Shown here: piece after piece, positions 52,601 through 64,000 of the stretch
Layout of the letters: each line of letters starts with the position of its first letter
Numbering within the stretch: the stretch's first letter is position 1
Source of the DNA: Trichoplax adhaerens
Lineage: Eukaryota > Animalia > Placozoa
DNA: 64,000 nt
Direction: 5' to 3'
NCBI RefSeq assembly: GCF_000150275.1
Contig: NW_002060959.1
Coordinates: 1,085,746-1,149,745 of the forward strand
Program-made: the position numbers and the translations under genes
Notes under the pieces: model-generated
Seen by the model: only the letters and a program-made list of their open reading frames with translations
The model's database searches: none
Told to the model about the DNA's origin: nothing

Positions 52601-55504
52601 GTTATCTCAATATTTTTATGTTACGTTTCACAGTAGCATGATAAACGTAAAAGAAATTAGTATTATATTCCTAGAATTGAATTTGCTTACTTCTCTATTT
52701 GTCCATTGCGTTTTACCATACCTTGGTGTGACAAGTGGTACAAATACCTCACATGAACTAACAGCATCGTTAAGGGAATCTTGCCAATCAACACCGCACT
52801 TTATTTCATGAACATCCTGTGAAATAGGATAGTTAAAAGTAGTAATGGTTAAGTAAGAAAATTAATTTAGCGAAGCTAGGAGTGAACTGTAAATTAGTAC
52901 CAACATCAAACAGTAACATACAGGCACTATAACCTACATCATTACACGTACTAGGATAGGTGATCACTACATACGTATGCGTATTAACAATCTTTCACAC
53001 GTATTTACCAGATAAACGCTAAAACCAAGCTTTTCAAACTCTTCTTTCAAACTTAAAGCATGCAGTGCGGCTTCAGCTCTAACATAACTAATAAGTATTT
53101 CCTTTTCACTGTTGTCTTTTACGGCAATTGCTTTAGATCTATTTTGTAAATTTGCTACTGCCGGATGGAACAGTCTATGAGATCTAATACTATCTGCTGC
53201 TGATGTAAGGGCATTGAAATCTTTATTTTTAATCCTATGATATTGAAAAAGAATGAAGAAATTTATCGGTAAGCCGTAGAGCTGGCCTCTATCTAGCCTT
53301 CGTGATCAAATATATTGTGCTACTGTACTGTACTAATAGTATACTGATAGCTTACGGTGTATCATTTGAGTGAGGAATGGCGACTGCAACAGAGCCTGTG
53401 AAACGAAATAGTTAACGTTATTTAGATTTATTTATCTCGTCGTCATCTAAATAGTTGATATAAGAGCTCTACCGAGAGTACTAAGTGTAAAAAATATAGA
53501 CTTGCTAAAGATGAAACCTTTGCGTTCGAGAACTAGCATGATACCATAAATAAAAAATAAAATAAGGAAAATTTGCAGTATCCTCAATGACTTTTACTAT
53601 TAAAGGTATAACTATCTCATCCTCAATGATTTTTAATTTCGTATAAAATTAACGTTAATAAATCACTATCTGATAAGTTAAAAATTGATTGCCCTATCGA
53701 ATTGATCACAGCAAATGCCATATCCATTACGTCTTATATATTCTAGGTCTATATAAAAAATGCCTATCATATCCATGAGAATGCTACTATTCTTATTATC
53801 GTGATTATTTAAGTAGAGTATTCATTGCCTAGCTTTCTCTGTATTTTTACCCAGCTTACTATTATCGGGCGCTTGAAATTGGATATAAATTATTTGCTGC
53901 GTTATAATATCAGCAATAGTTAGTCTTTCTTCTTGAAAGGTGAAAACAGGCCAGCAATTATGATCCAAGAAAGTAAACGCTGCCAGCTTGGCACCTTTTA
54001 GCTATTATAAAGTATGTGATAATAGGCTAAGTGAGATATCATATACTGGCAATGGTTATCAAATTATTATCATTAAGGTTGTCTACGGTGATGATTGAAA
54101 TTAAGTTACGGTGTATTAACAACTTTAACCTGTTGGTTAATTTCACGTCGAGTTTCAGACAATAGCAGCGTAATTTTAGCAAAGATGAAACCAAGCGGTT
54201 TTTTATCGGTTGACATAATTCCAATTCTGCATTCATCAACTATAAAAAAGGATGAAAATACCGATGGGTAATTGATTCATATTCTATACGCGTATATTGA
54301 CTATCTTACTGTACAGTATAGGGCTGAAATTGATGGCATTAGGGTACTATAACAGATGACACGCGAGCTAAAGATTCACTGTTTGAGAACTTTTGTATCT
54401 TTTGCTTACCTGCAGTTTGAATAGTAACTAGGTTATCATGATCTACCACATGGCTAGCTCGAATGCACATTTCTTGATTTGAATTCACAGGCCAACTATA
54501 GCATTGCAATTAATTATTGGATAATAATTGAAATATCTTAGTGATAGGTGACTAGTCCATATTTTTAGCTGCAATTTCATCCTTATAATTTATATAATAA
54601 ATGTGGTTTTAAGTTAATCATGGCATCATCAAATCAGGTATAAGCAGTTGCATTCGTCAAAATTTTTAATAATATCATTAATCAACAATCACTACTATAA
54701 TAAACTTCTTCTACTTCTAGTTACGAATAAACATACTGTACTGTAGATACACTACGTATCCTGCGTTGCATGTATCAACAAAGTAGATAGGCATACTACG
54801 TCTAACCAATACAGTATAAGATATCAAGGGAGTGTCAGAAGATGGAATAGTAGGCATCGAAAAGGAAAATTGAAAAGAATATTTCTTTTCAGCCTACTCT
54901 ACATCAGCGATTGCTGCTACTCCTTTCAATGGGCTGGCCATGATGTCGGTTGTTATTGGTACACTTGGAAAAGAGTGTCTATTGCAAGTTTGCAAAGTAT
55001 TACAATGCGCCATGTCATCTGGACGCGATTAAGACACCAGTGAGCACGACACAAAGCTCAACTTGCATTTATCAACATGGTTTGATGAGCTTGTGTAATA
55101 TGGCACTTGTGCTAACTCATCATCATAACCATATTATGATGCATTTAAATGCTAATACAGTATTCATTACACCATCAATGCATCCATTTCATTCTCCACT
55201 GATGCGTGTACCGTATGAACAATTAACGACTAGTGGTGATCCTTCCCACTTACCCCTTCCGAGTGAGAAAACGAAAAGATTGAGGTAAATTATCCAATTG
55301 ATTGGCTATGCATAGGCGAAGTTGCTGAATGCTTGCATCCGATATATTATCGCATACCACCACTCCTAGAACATGATAAACCGTGGAAGTATCTCGATGA
55401 TCCAGCTGATGATGGAATGGCTTATTGGCAATAAAGCGAATTCCGATGACATTACTCGATTGTCGTGGATTAAGATAATTCGGGCTGCTTCGTATACTTT
55501 GCAT
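49685..55504 (-). CDS. Uncharacterised ~870 aa protein: two ubiquitin-like repeats, TIR, degenerate TIR, SLOG; ~20 exons
   Basis: Approximate phase-consistent exons: 55504-55254, 54495-54410, 54239-54130, 54001-53860, 53532-53518 (uncertain), 53395-53356, 53234-53009, 52816-52691, 52559-52492, 52347-52280, 52196-51919, 51772-51625, 51445-51324, 51221-51120, 51021-50920, 50816-50719, 50647-50568, 50409-50330, 50236-49973, 49882-49685. TIR: EILISYVRAEAALHALSLKEEFEKLGFSVYLDVHEIKCGVDWQDSLNDAVSSCEVFVPLVTPRYGKTQWTNREIKLADVLGKYVVPV. SLOG: VYISGG..ICKSIGACLA..LITGGFYGVG..RERE..ILIEGGPGAAHEA..VIPIKVTGGAA. Confidence 0.85.
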
Positions 55505-56758
55505 TACTGTATTCAATTAGCTAGGGCTACAAGCTGAAGAGAGATTATTCAATAGAGATGAGAATGTCGGCCAAGTTGTTCAACTAGAAAGAAGAGCTGG
55601 ACAGGTAGAGCAAGTTGCAAATTTTATTAAGTCAACAAGCGCAGCCGAACTTGGGCATGTCTGCAAGTATTTGCTCAGGTCTTGCTCGATGTCTACAGTA
55701 CTGACCACTGTAATAAAATACGGTAGGGTTAGGATGGCCCGGTCAAAAGCCGCTGGCTACAGTACGATCCTACGGTGCATACTACTGTAACGCGGGCGAT
55801 GCAACTCATACTGAACGAGCCAATGGCGAGGCTGGCCACTGGCCATGGCTGTACTGACTGACTGACTGACTGACAGGCCAATCCACAGCCAGCAAATTGC
55901 TAAATGAATACGACTGGAGGCTGACGATGGCCGACTGTCTATTTGGATAGGAGATTATGGCAACTAGCCAAGGATGCCTAAGATACTCCACATACCAGTA
56001 ATTCTATTTCTTTGTGAAACTATTGCTAGAGCTCTTTTAGGCAGAGGGGGAAAAAACATAGCGATAGGATATAGGAAGTCCCTTTTTGCCTGGAGAAATC
56101 CTGTACAGTAGTCCATGACGATCTGCACTGTTTACGTCGATCCTTTTCCATTCCACTGCTTGACTTATACAGTACTTGAAAATAGAAGGTACAGTAATAT
56201 ACACGTCAGTACTAGTATTACTGTCCTACAGCATCATGCCATCGGTGAATTTACTGTAGGGAAGGCACTATTGAATCTACTGTAGGAGTCTATCATGCAT
56301 GGGACGAAAATGGAGAACTTTGCTAATTCCCCCAAATTCCAACTTACTCAAGTCTGTCTGTACCATACATCGCGCATGTGCACTGGACAGTACTTGCAAC
56401 AGAGTCAATCTTGTACTTTCCTTTACTGCCAGGACTCGACTGTCGATGATTGCTGGCGATTAGTTGCTAGTCAAATCCCAAATATCCAAATATCAATCTA
56501 AAATTGCCAATTCACTACTTGGAAGAGTATTAGTAGGGGCCAATTTTTGCATCGTCGTCTTCTTGTGCTATATTGTACTGTGTATCAACGGACTTGTAAG
56601 AAACCCCTGACTAGATCGACGCGTAGATTCAACTCGGTATTAGCAAGCTGTCTAGATCGCAGGTCCAACTGCAATTGTGCAACGTTAAGACCAAATTAAT
56701 CCATGATTGCATCACTCCAAATTAAATTCCTCTTCCTCGCGCTCTTCAATTCCCCAAG
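55505..56758. promoter_or_regulatory. Probable bidirectional promoter shared by the TIR-SLOG gene and SEC20/BNIP1
   Basis: A 1.25 kb head-to-head spacer that is GC/CpG-richer, with (TGAC)5 at ~55853, CCAAT boxes (55820, 55878) and repeated TACAGTA/TACTGTA. Confidence 0.5.
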
Positions 56759-58301
56759 ATGGCAGATATCACATTCTCAGCTGTAGCCAAATTACAAATA
56801 CAAGAAATTATTCGACTTGAATTTGAAATTCAATCTATTATTCAACAAATTAAAGATAGCCAAGGACCTTTTGAAATACTCAATAGATTGCATAGCCAGG
56901 TGAAAGATTGCATGAAGATCCTAGAGGAAGACGTCAATGTAAGGGGATAATGGATAAAACTGGAATGTCAGTCTTTCGATATCGGTCTTGACAGTGAAAT
57001 GATAGTATTTTTACTTGACTATTTGAAGCATAATAATGTATGTTATGATGATGAAAATTGGCTTGCTTGCATGATTAACCAATTGATTATACAAATGTGT
57101 TCTAGTAAACAGCTTGATCATCATACTTTTCACTGCATTTTAGAAATTAAAGATATTGGCCCATGAAGAGGATAAAGACAGCCAAACACAAGAAATCTTG
57201 CAAGTAGCAGGCCGCCACCAGCAACAACTGGAAAGGTAACAATACGTATACTGTACATCATTCCTTACTACTAAACTGTAGATTTTACAACACGGTCGTA
57301 GCCAAATCATACACGCGTAGACGGACAGTACTTCTCGTCTATAATAATCTCCTGTTTCACTCTGTGTCTATAATACTGGCCAAAGCTCTCAAAAATCTCT
57401 CAGGCGTGCCTTGCTCACCGCTAAAACTAACATCGAAAATACCGATAGACAAGTACTTATCGAAGGCGGTTCTTCCCAGTTAAGACAAAGGTAATACAGT
57501 ACTCTACTTTCGTAGTCATACTACAATAAGATTGACACTAGTCATGAATATGGTATAAATTAGATTGTATAATATGGTATAAAATGATTTCATATTGCTT
57601 GAAGTATCAACCTTTCGATAGCTCATGTGTATACGCTTCACAGATATAGCTATACAATGTTCCTATACTTGAAATGATTGATTTATTAATTTACAGTCAA
57701 TATCAAAAATTGTAGTAATGTAAAGAGTGGATAAATTCAAAAATACTTTAAAAATCTTCTCCCTATTTTTAATTAATGCTGTGCACATAAATATGAAATA
57801 TGTCTGGTATCGAATAACTAGGGTACAAACTAAAAAAGAAGCAGTCAAATTAGCTAGCGAAGTAACGAATGAACTAATACACATCAATCAAATGATGGCG
57901 GAACAAGTTAAACAGAGCGAACAGAATATGCAGCTTTTAGGTATAATGACATCATTCAGTTACTTACCGTACGAAGCTACGGGCAATTTTTACCCCATTG
58001 GCTTTGCTAGAACATAGTTTTGTATTTCCAACAAATAGCAGTGTCGATTGGGTTTGATCGATAAACAGTTGTGAGTTAACGTAAGCTTGATATGTTTATG
58101 TACTCGTATACAGCAACTTCATCCATGGCCCTCACCGATACTGGAGAAGAGTTGAAAAATCAGTCTGGAGTTATTACATCTAGTAATAAGCTGCTGACAA
58201 AATATGGCCGACGTGAATTAACAGACACTGTCGTTATTTTTTTTGGTGTCTTGGTCTTTCTCGCCACAGTCTTATATATACTCAAAAAGAGAATGTTTTA
58301 A
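56759..58301 (+). CDS. BNIP1: Vesicle transport SNARE SEC20/BNIP1, 5 exons, C-terminal transmembrane anchor
   Basis: Exons 56759-56938, 57144-57235, ~57385-57490, 57821-57940, ~58113-58301. Peptides QEIIRLEFEIQSIIQQI, SLRRALLTAKTNIENTDRQVLIEGG..LRQR, QMMAEQVKQSEQNMQLL and KLLTKYGRRELTDTVVIFFGVLVFLATVLYILKKRMF. Confidence 0.93.
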
Positions 58302-61300
58302 TTGATCATTATTCGAGCTTATATCAACATTTTATTATACTGTATCCAAGATACTAATGAATTATTTTTCAAAATCTCTATATAAGAAATAGCAATGGTA
58401 GTCTATACATTGTTCAATTCTGTGAAGTGATTATTCAAATAAATACTATGAAATTTTTTGTTTTTCCATCTCGGTGACGTTGCCAATTGCAAATAATTCA
58501 TCTCCATATATATCATATTCCTATTCACAAATTATCTAGCATTGCACATTGATTCATAAAAAAATTACTTTACCATAAACCATGCTAGTATGGCTGATAT
58601 GTAAAATCTGAAACTTATAAAGTAGATGACACTGAGGTACAAAATTTATAGTGATGTCTTTTCGTACCGAACACGTGTAATACAATGTGGAACAAGTTTT
58701 ATTCTATTACATTAATATCTTTATAGTAATAAATTGTGAATTTTAACTTTTGCTTACATACTCGCATATATCAATTTAATTCAAACTTTTTTGGGGAATT
58801 AAATCACTGTATGATACTGTAGATAGAATAATGTTGTCATTGTATTTGTAATACACTTGATTTGCTTCTCGGCAATAATTTGGCTTCATGGCAAACTTGA
58901 ATAAAATAGTTTCTTCCTTCGTGGAATCGGTAATCGATATAAATATATATATATTCCTATACTTTGAATGCTTAAAAGTATTTAATAGCGTTATACAGTA
59001 AGTACAACAAGTGATAGACGCCATTTATGAATTTAATTAACAGGTATCGGTTATAAATGAGTGAAAGGATTTGCAGTCCTAATTACTATCTGTTGCTGTA
59101 TAGCAACCTTCATTCGATTTTACTTTACACTATGCAATTAATTCAGCTAATCATTTATGCCTCAGCAAGCTCACGAGCCCATCTAGTACCAAATTTCGTT
59201 TTGATTTTAAGTCTAAGGTACTCCGATCTATTGCACGCCATATGATACAACAACTGATTGAAGGTAAATTAAAGATTTTATATTTTTAAGTTGATAAGAA
59301 CGTTCTCTTTTCACGAATAGAATAAAAATCCAAATGAGCCATGAAGCATTAGCTCTATTTTCGTCGATATGTCATTCGCTAGAATGAGGTAGCTTACTAG
59401 GGGCTAGAGTCGCCAGCATAACTTCTTTGCAAGTGATCGTTAAATTTTATTATTTATAATTAAAGGGTAAATACAAATAAAGCCTCATGTACACATTATA
59501 CAGAACTATAACGTACATTGTCTAGACAAGAAACATTTATAGTAATAAGATATGCTTTCATTGGTGTCATATTACGATTAAGCTTACAACAAAAGAAGAC
59601 CAAATCCACCTCGTAGTTTGTTATTAATTAGAATTACTCATCTAATATTGATTTCTGTACTTTTATGTATTATTGTACACTTTTCGTTTTGCTTTTGGAC
59701 CAAGGTGTAAAACTTTGCCTGTTAGAGCTAGACTTCGGCTACTTTTTATTTCATAAGGGAAATCCTTAGACATGGTGATCTTCCTTGATTGGTTAATGAT
59801 AAGTCGATTAGTTTTTTTCAGTAACATGATGGAATTTTTAGCGGTAAGGTACAGTAGTGAATGGAATATGTATAAAATGGATAGAGTAAGAAGAAATTGA
59901 TGGTGTTCACCAATACTGGTATACTCGATACAGAGCATTTACAACGATTGGTTGAGAGACTCTATCACTAAAGTACTCCTTTGCTTGATGTATATCAGTA
60001 ATGATGAAATATTGGATATCGGATGGATGGGTAACTTTAATCGTATCGACTCTACCTATTGATTTTAATTTTCAGTTAACTGAAAAAAAATTAATTTGTA
60101 AAGGAGAGTGTTATGGCAATATTGCGCTGTGGTGTAGATACTGTGTAATGCCATACACGCGTATACCAGCGTTTTTGGGTATTCTTATTATCAATAATAG
60201 CTAAAAGCGTATGGAAAATAATCAAGTCTTAATTTGATCACTGTGTGATGTGGTAATAGATGGAAGTTATTCGATTATTTTAGCGTCAAGGTGGTAAACA
60301 TCAACTAGGATCACTTTTGAATGTGTTTATTGAATTATATGTTGTGATAATAATGCAGTATAAATATTGCATCCATTTATCATAGTACGCCATGGTGGTA
60401 CCATCGAATTTGAATAATCAGCATGAACCTCTGTTAAATGAGCACATTATCGTAAACCGTCAGTAAAGCGACGGGAGTTTGCACTAGTAAATATTTAAGC
60501 ACATCGATGATTCCTTTGCAAGAGCGCTATAAAAAGTTTTAGTTATCCTTAGAGAGGGCTGGGAAAAAGCTGCAATTTGCTTTAGTTCAATACGTGACAC
60601 AGTCCTTTTTTTAGGCATCAACTGCTCACCTTGACATACGCGTATGCAGAAGTATTGCACGAATTGATATTTGGTCTTTAACAACAAGTAGAGTATAGTC
60701 AAATTCAGCTATTCGATGTTTGAACAGTAGTTTATGGCGATATCATCTGGTAGTGGCCTTAGCAGTATCATATTTTTTGAATATATTTCATCAAGTTGTA
60801 CCTTGTAGTTATGTTCATTTTAAGATTTGCTCTATTTTTAATGAACTCCAATTTGGGATTTGTGGATTGAGAACCTTGGCAGTTCAGAAATTTCTTCATG
60901 ACATTCGTGAATTCAATCAAATGAAAGAGAGGCAGTCACTGTAGCTCAATATTGACATAGTCAGGCTAGCGGATTGACTATTTGAAATCTTTCTCCGAGT
61001 ATGTAAGTAAAATAAATAACGTTTGCATGGTATGCGAATTTCTACAATTATACCAGTGATGGATGATTTCGTTTCAACTGTGCAAACGTGTATTGAAAAA
61101 TTGGTCAGTTACTACGATACATTGGTCGTGATGGTAGTAACATTTCCTTGAGCTTTTATTATGATAGTATTGCGCTTGTAGATAATAAATAAAACCTAGT
61201 GATCATCATTGTGATTTAGGCACATTGCTTTACCATGCATATTCATGGGCAAGTAAGTTATGGTATCAATACTGCATATATACTGTACAAATGAATATGT

Positions 61301-62120
61301 ACTCGGATACCCTTATAAAGCAATAACAGGATAATAAAGTTTATGGCTTATTATAAATTGAAATTGAAATGGTATAGTAACAACGATTGGGGTATGTTGA
61401 TCATAGGGGATTACTATATTCAATTTTTGCTCTGGCACGCATTTTACTCTAGCGTGTGTGTTTGTGCTATTTACCTTGAAGTGATTTGAGCTTACAGATG
61501 CAATAAAAATGGATCACCTATCTCCATTTTTTTATAATAAAGTTCAAGGCCTATTCTAATTGCAAGTAGTACAGTAGCATCAACACGGTTAGGTTGGTGA
61601 TTGCTGTATTTGATTTTTCTTCTGGCAACATTTGTCTGTAGTGTGTGTGTGTTTGTGCTGTTTCTCTTCAAGCAATGTAAGCCTGCAAAGCCGATGGATA
61701 GCGATTGCTTTCCTCCGTTATTTTATCTTTTGTTTATTTGCATCATCTGACAGTATTCTATTCAGCAAGGCCATCATCTGATAGTACTGTCTTCTTGTCA
61801 GCAAGGTCATCATCATGACAGTACTAGTTGGATTTTAAATGGTGCAACTGTGTCTGCAAGAACTGTAAGATCTCATCGGCTCGATACAGTCTATGGATTA
61901 GCAAGTCGATAGTAACTCGCACACTCTACTGTGGCAAGAGAATTTCTGATACAAGGAGATGGATTAATACGCGTATCATTGATTGATTGATATTGTACAG
62001 TACTGAGAAGAGAGTTGTATCTTTCTTGACGTATATCATCAAGTCCAGTTGAAGAAGAAGCCAAAGTCTTGGCCTTGTTATTGTAAGATCGTTGATGACA
62101 ACACTGCATATCGTCTAGTT

Positions 62121-62516
62121 GTTAACAAGGGATCCAATGTTGACATTGATTGAACATTTCAAGCGGTGGTATACTCTACTGTACTGCACTATTTGTACTT
62201 TGGAATCTATGAATACCGTCCAAGTGGAAAATGTTGCTTTACAAATGGCAGTCAAAAGAGACAACTACAGCTGCATTATCCAATTTTTAGCATGTCATGA
62301 CTGCCAACATGATGGCAAGAAGTCGTTAACAAGGGATCCAATGTTGACATTGATTGAACATTTCAAGCAGTGGCAAACTCTACTGTACTGCACTATTTGT
62401 ACTTTGCAATCCATGAATACCGTCCAAGTGGAAAATGTTGCTTTACAAACGGCAGTCAAAAGAGAGACAACTACAGCAGCATTATCCAATTTTTAGCATG
62501 TCATGACTGCCAACAT
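62121..62516. repeat. Two-copy ~204 bp tandem duplication
   Basis: gttaacaagggatccaatgttgacattg...catgtcatgactgccaacat starts at 62121 and 62325, nearly identical. Confidence 0.93.
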
Positions 62517-63579
62517 CAATGTCGGCAAGATGGAGATGGCCACCTCGCAAGTTGAAAAGGCTAACTGAACAAGATGGCCACTTGGTCACGCATGCAATTG
62601 AGCAAGTGGTTTTCCATCATAATATCGTGTCTCCCATGATCGCCTTACCAGACTGTCAATCAAAGGGCAGCACGCGCAAAGCACGAACGTACAACCGTGC
62701 AAGATTGAGTCGTTTTGCGTCGATCGTTCTCCGTGGAATAGACAGCAGCTGCAGCACTGGAGGACTACGCATGGTCAATAAAAGTGGATGGTTTGGAAAG
62801 TCAAGCATGGATGGTTGTGTGTTGGAAAAGATGGCTGCTACCGATTGAAAGTCATGCCTGTGCCTTGCCTTCATGAACAACAATCCGAGTGATGGCGTAT
62901 TGAGTAGTCCAAGCTTCCGCCTAGCGTTGAGGAGTTTCTTTTGGCTTACGTTATTGTTGTACCTACTGTATGTAGGTCAAGTTGGTGTATGCCAGTGAAT
63001 TGTGGTAACAATCACTGCGTGGTGAATTTCTCCAAGCAGCACCCGTACACCAGTCTTGCTGATGTAAGAAACAAGGGCACCATTGCTGACTGAGTGTTGA
63101 CAGTATGGCATGGAGATGACAACGCCAAGTGTACAGTCAATAACAAATGGCAAAACTATTTTGGGCTTGCGGTACAACAATAAATAAACATCCACAGTCA
63201 CGCAGTTTGCATGTCCACAAGAGTTAGCGTGGACTTTTGGAAATACCGTACTGTCGAGGACAGTATACTGTACTGGATTTCCACCAGTTAATGATACTGT
63301 AGACAGTGTTGTGTTGTATAGGACGATCTAGGGTTAGTGGAATACTAACAAGTTGTGTTGAAGGTGGGTACTAATGTCCTCTCAATCAGCATGGAAGACA
63401 AGAGATTGGACAGGTAGTTCAAGTTCTTGTAAAGTGAGCAACTAACTCTTCTTCTCTTTTTATTGCATTGAAAAGCGCCGGCTTGTATACGTACAGTACG
63501 TTGTTGACACTTGCAACGCATTCTAATTGCAAGTTTGTACAGTACAACCGTGAATTGGCTATCGAACAAGTACAGTACA

Positions 63580-64000
63580 GTAGAGCGTCCAGTCCAGTAG
63601 TGTCACTAGACTACAGTCCAGAAGACTACAGTGTACAGTACAACGAGCTGGATACTGTACAGTGTACAGTACTGTACTGGAAGGAAACGTCGGTGACAAC
63701 GAGTGACGACCTTCCAGGTTCAGCCCATCGGCCAGCCGTGGGTGTCTCTGGTGTTGTCAAATACTCTACAGTATAGCGTCCAGTAGACTACAGTGTACAG
63801 TACAACGAACTGGATACAGTACTGTACAGTACTGGAACTGGAAAGAAACGTCGGTGACGACGAGTGACCACCATCGAGGTTCAGCCCATCGCCAGCCGTG
63901 GGTATGGCGTCTCTGGTGTTGTCAAATACTCTACAGTATAGCGTCCAGTAGACTACAGTGTACAGTACAACGAACTGGATACAGTACTGTACAGTACTGT
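63580..64000. repeat. ~165-190 bp tandem repeat rich in TACAGTA, running off the right edge
   Basis: agcgtccagtagactacagtgtacagtacaacgaactggatac...gaaacgtcggtgac..cgagtgac...ggttcagcccatcg..tctctggtgttgtcaaatactctacagtat starts at ~63583, 63775 and 63940. Confidence 0.9.

Noticed and set aside
52280-53110. TLR, MyD88 or SARM1 orthologue
   Set aside because: The spliced product shows no TM helix, LRR, death, ARM or SAM domain.
49685-55504. Bacterial contamination or a recent horizontal transfer of a Thoeris operon
   Set aside because: The gene has about 19 canonical GT-AG introns and host-like composition, and it sits between BBS10 and SEC20. An ancient transfer cannot be excluded.
58776-61100. 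Several 60-90 aa ORFs downstream of SEC20
   Set aside because: No motifs or consistent exon chain. The region may include decayed coding sequence, but I cannot support a call.
62119-62496. 125 aa ORF with an internal repeat
   Set aside because: It results from the 204 bp duplication (a multiple of 3), starts at a non-ATG codon, and the second copy is frameshifted.

Overview
This is AT-rich eukaryotic genomic DNA with short GT-AG introns and a compact animal gene set. It looks like a basal metazoan such as a placozoan (Trichoplax-like); that is inferred from composition and gene structure, not verified. Most genes are spliced, so I joined exons by hand and checked splice phases. Left to right the window holds: two tandem adducin-like paralogues on the minus strand (the second about 1,800 aa, with a very long repeat-containing tail); a pair of ~1.3 kb non-coding direct repeats; two intronless head-to-head GH20 beta-hexosaminidases ending in RDEL and KDEL; PSMD4/Rpn10 behind a four-unit tandem repeat; an NSD-family H3K36 methyltransferase; several satellite arrays; an intron-rich BBS10-like chaperonin; a ~20-exon uncharacterised gene; SEC20/BNIP1; and a repeat-rich right end. 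The most interesting element is the minus-strand gene at 49685-55504, which the ORF track shows only as fragments. Spliced, it encodes about 870 aa: two ubiquitin-like repeats, a TIR domain with the catalytic Glu, a second TIR with Gln at that position, and a C-terminal SLOG domain. This puts the signal-making (TIR) and signal-sensing (SLOG) modules of bacterial Thoeris-type immunity into one intron-rich animal gene. Exon boundaries were read by eye and may be off by a few bases.
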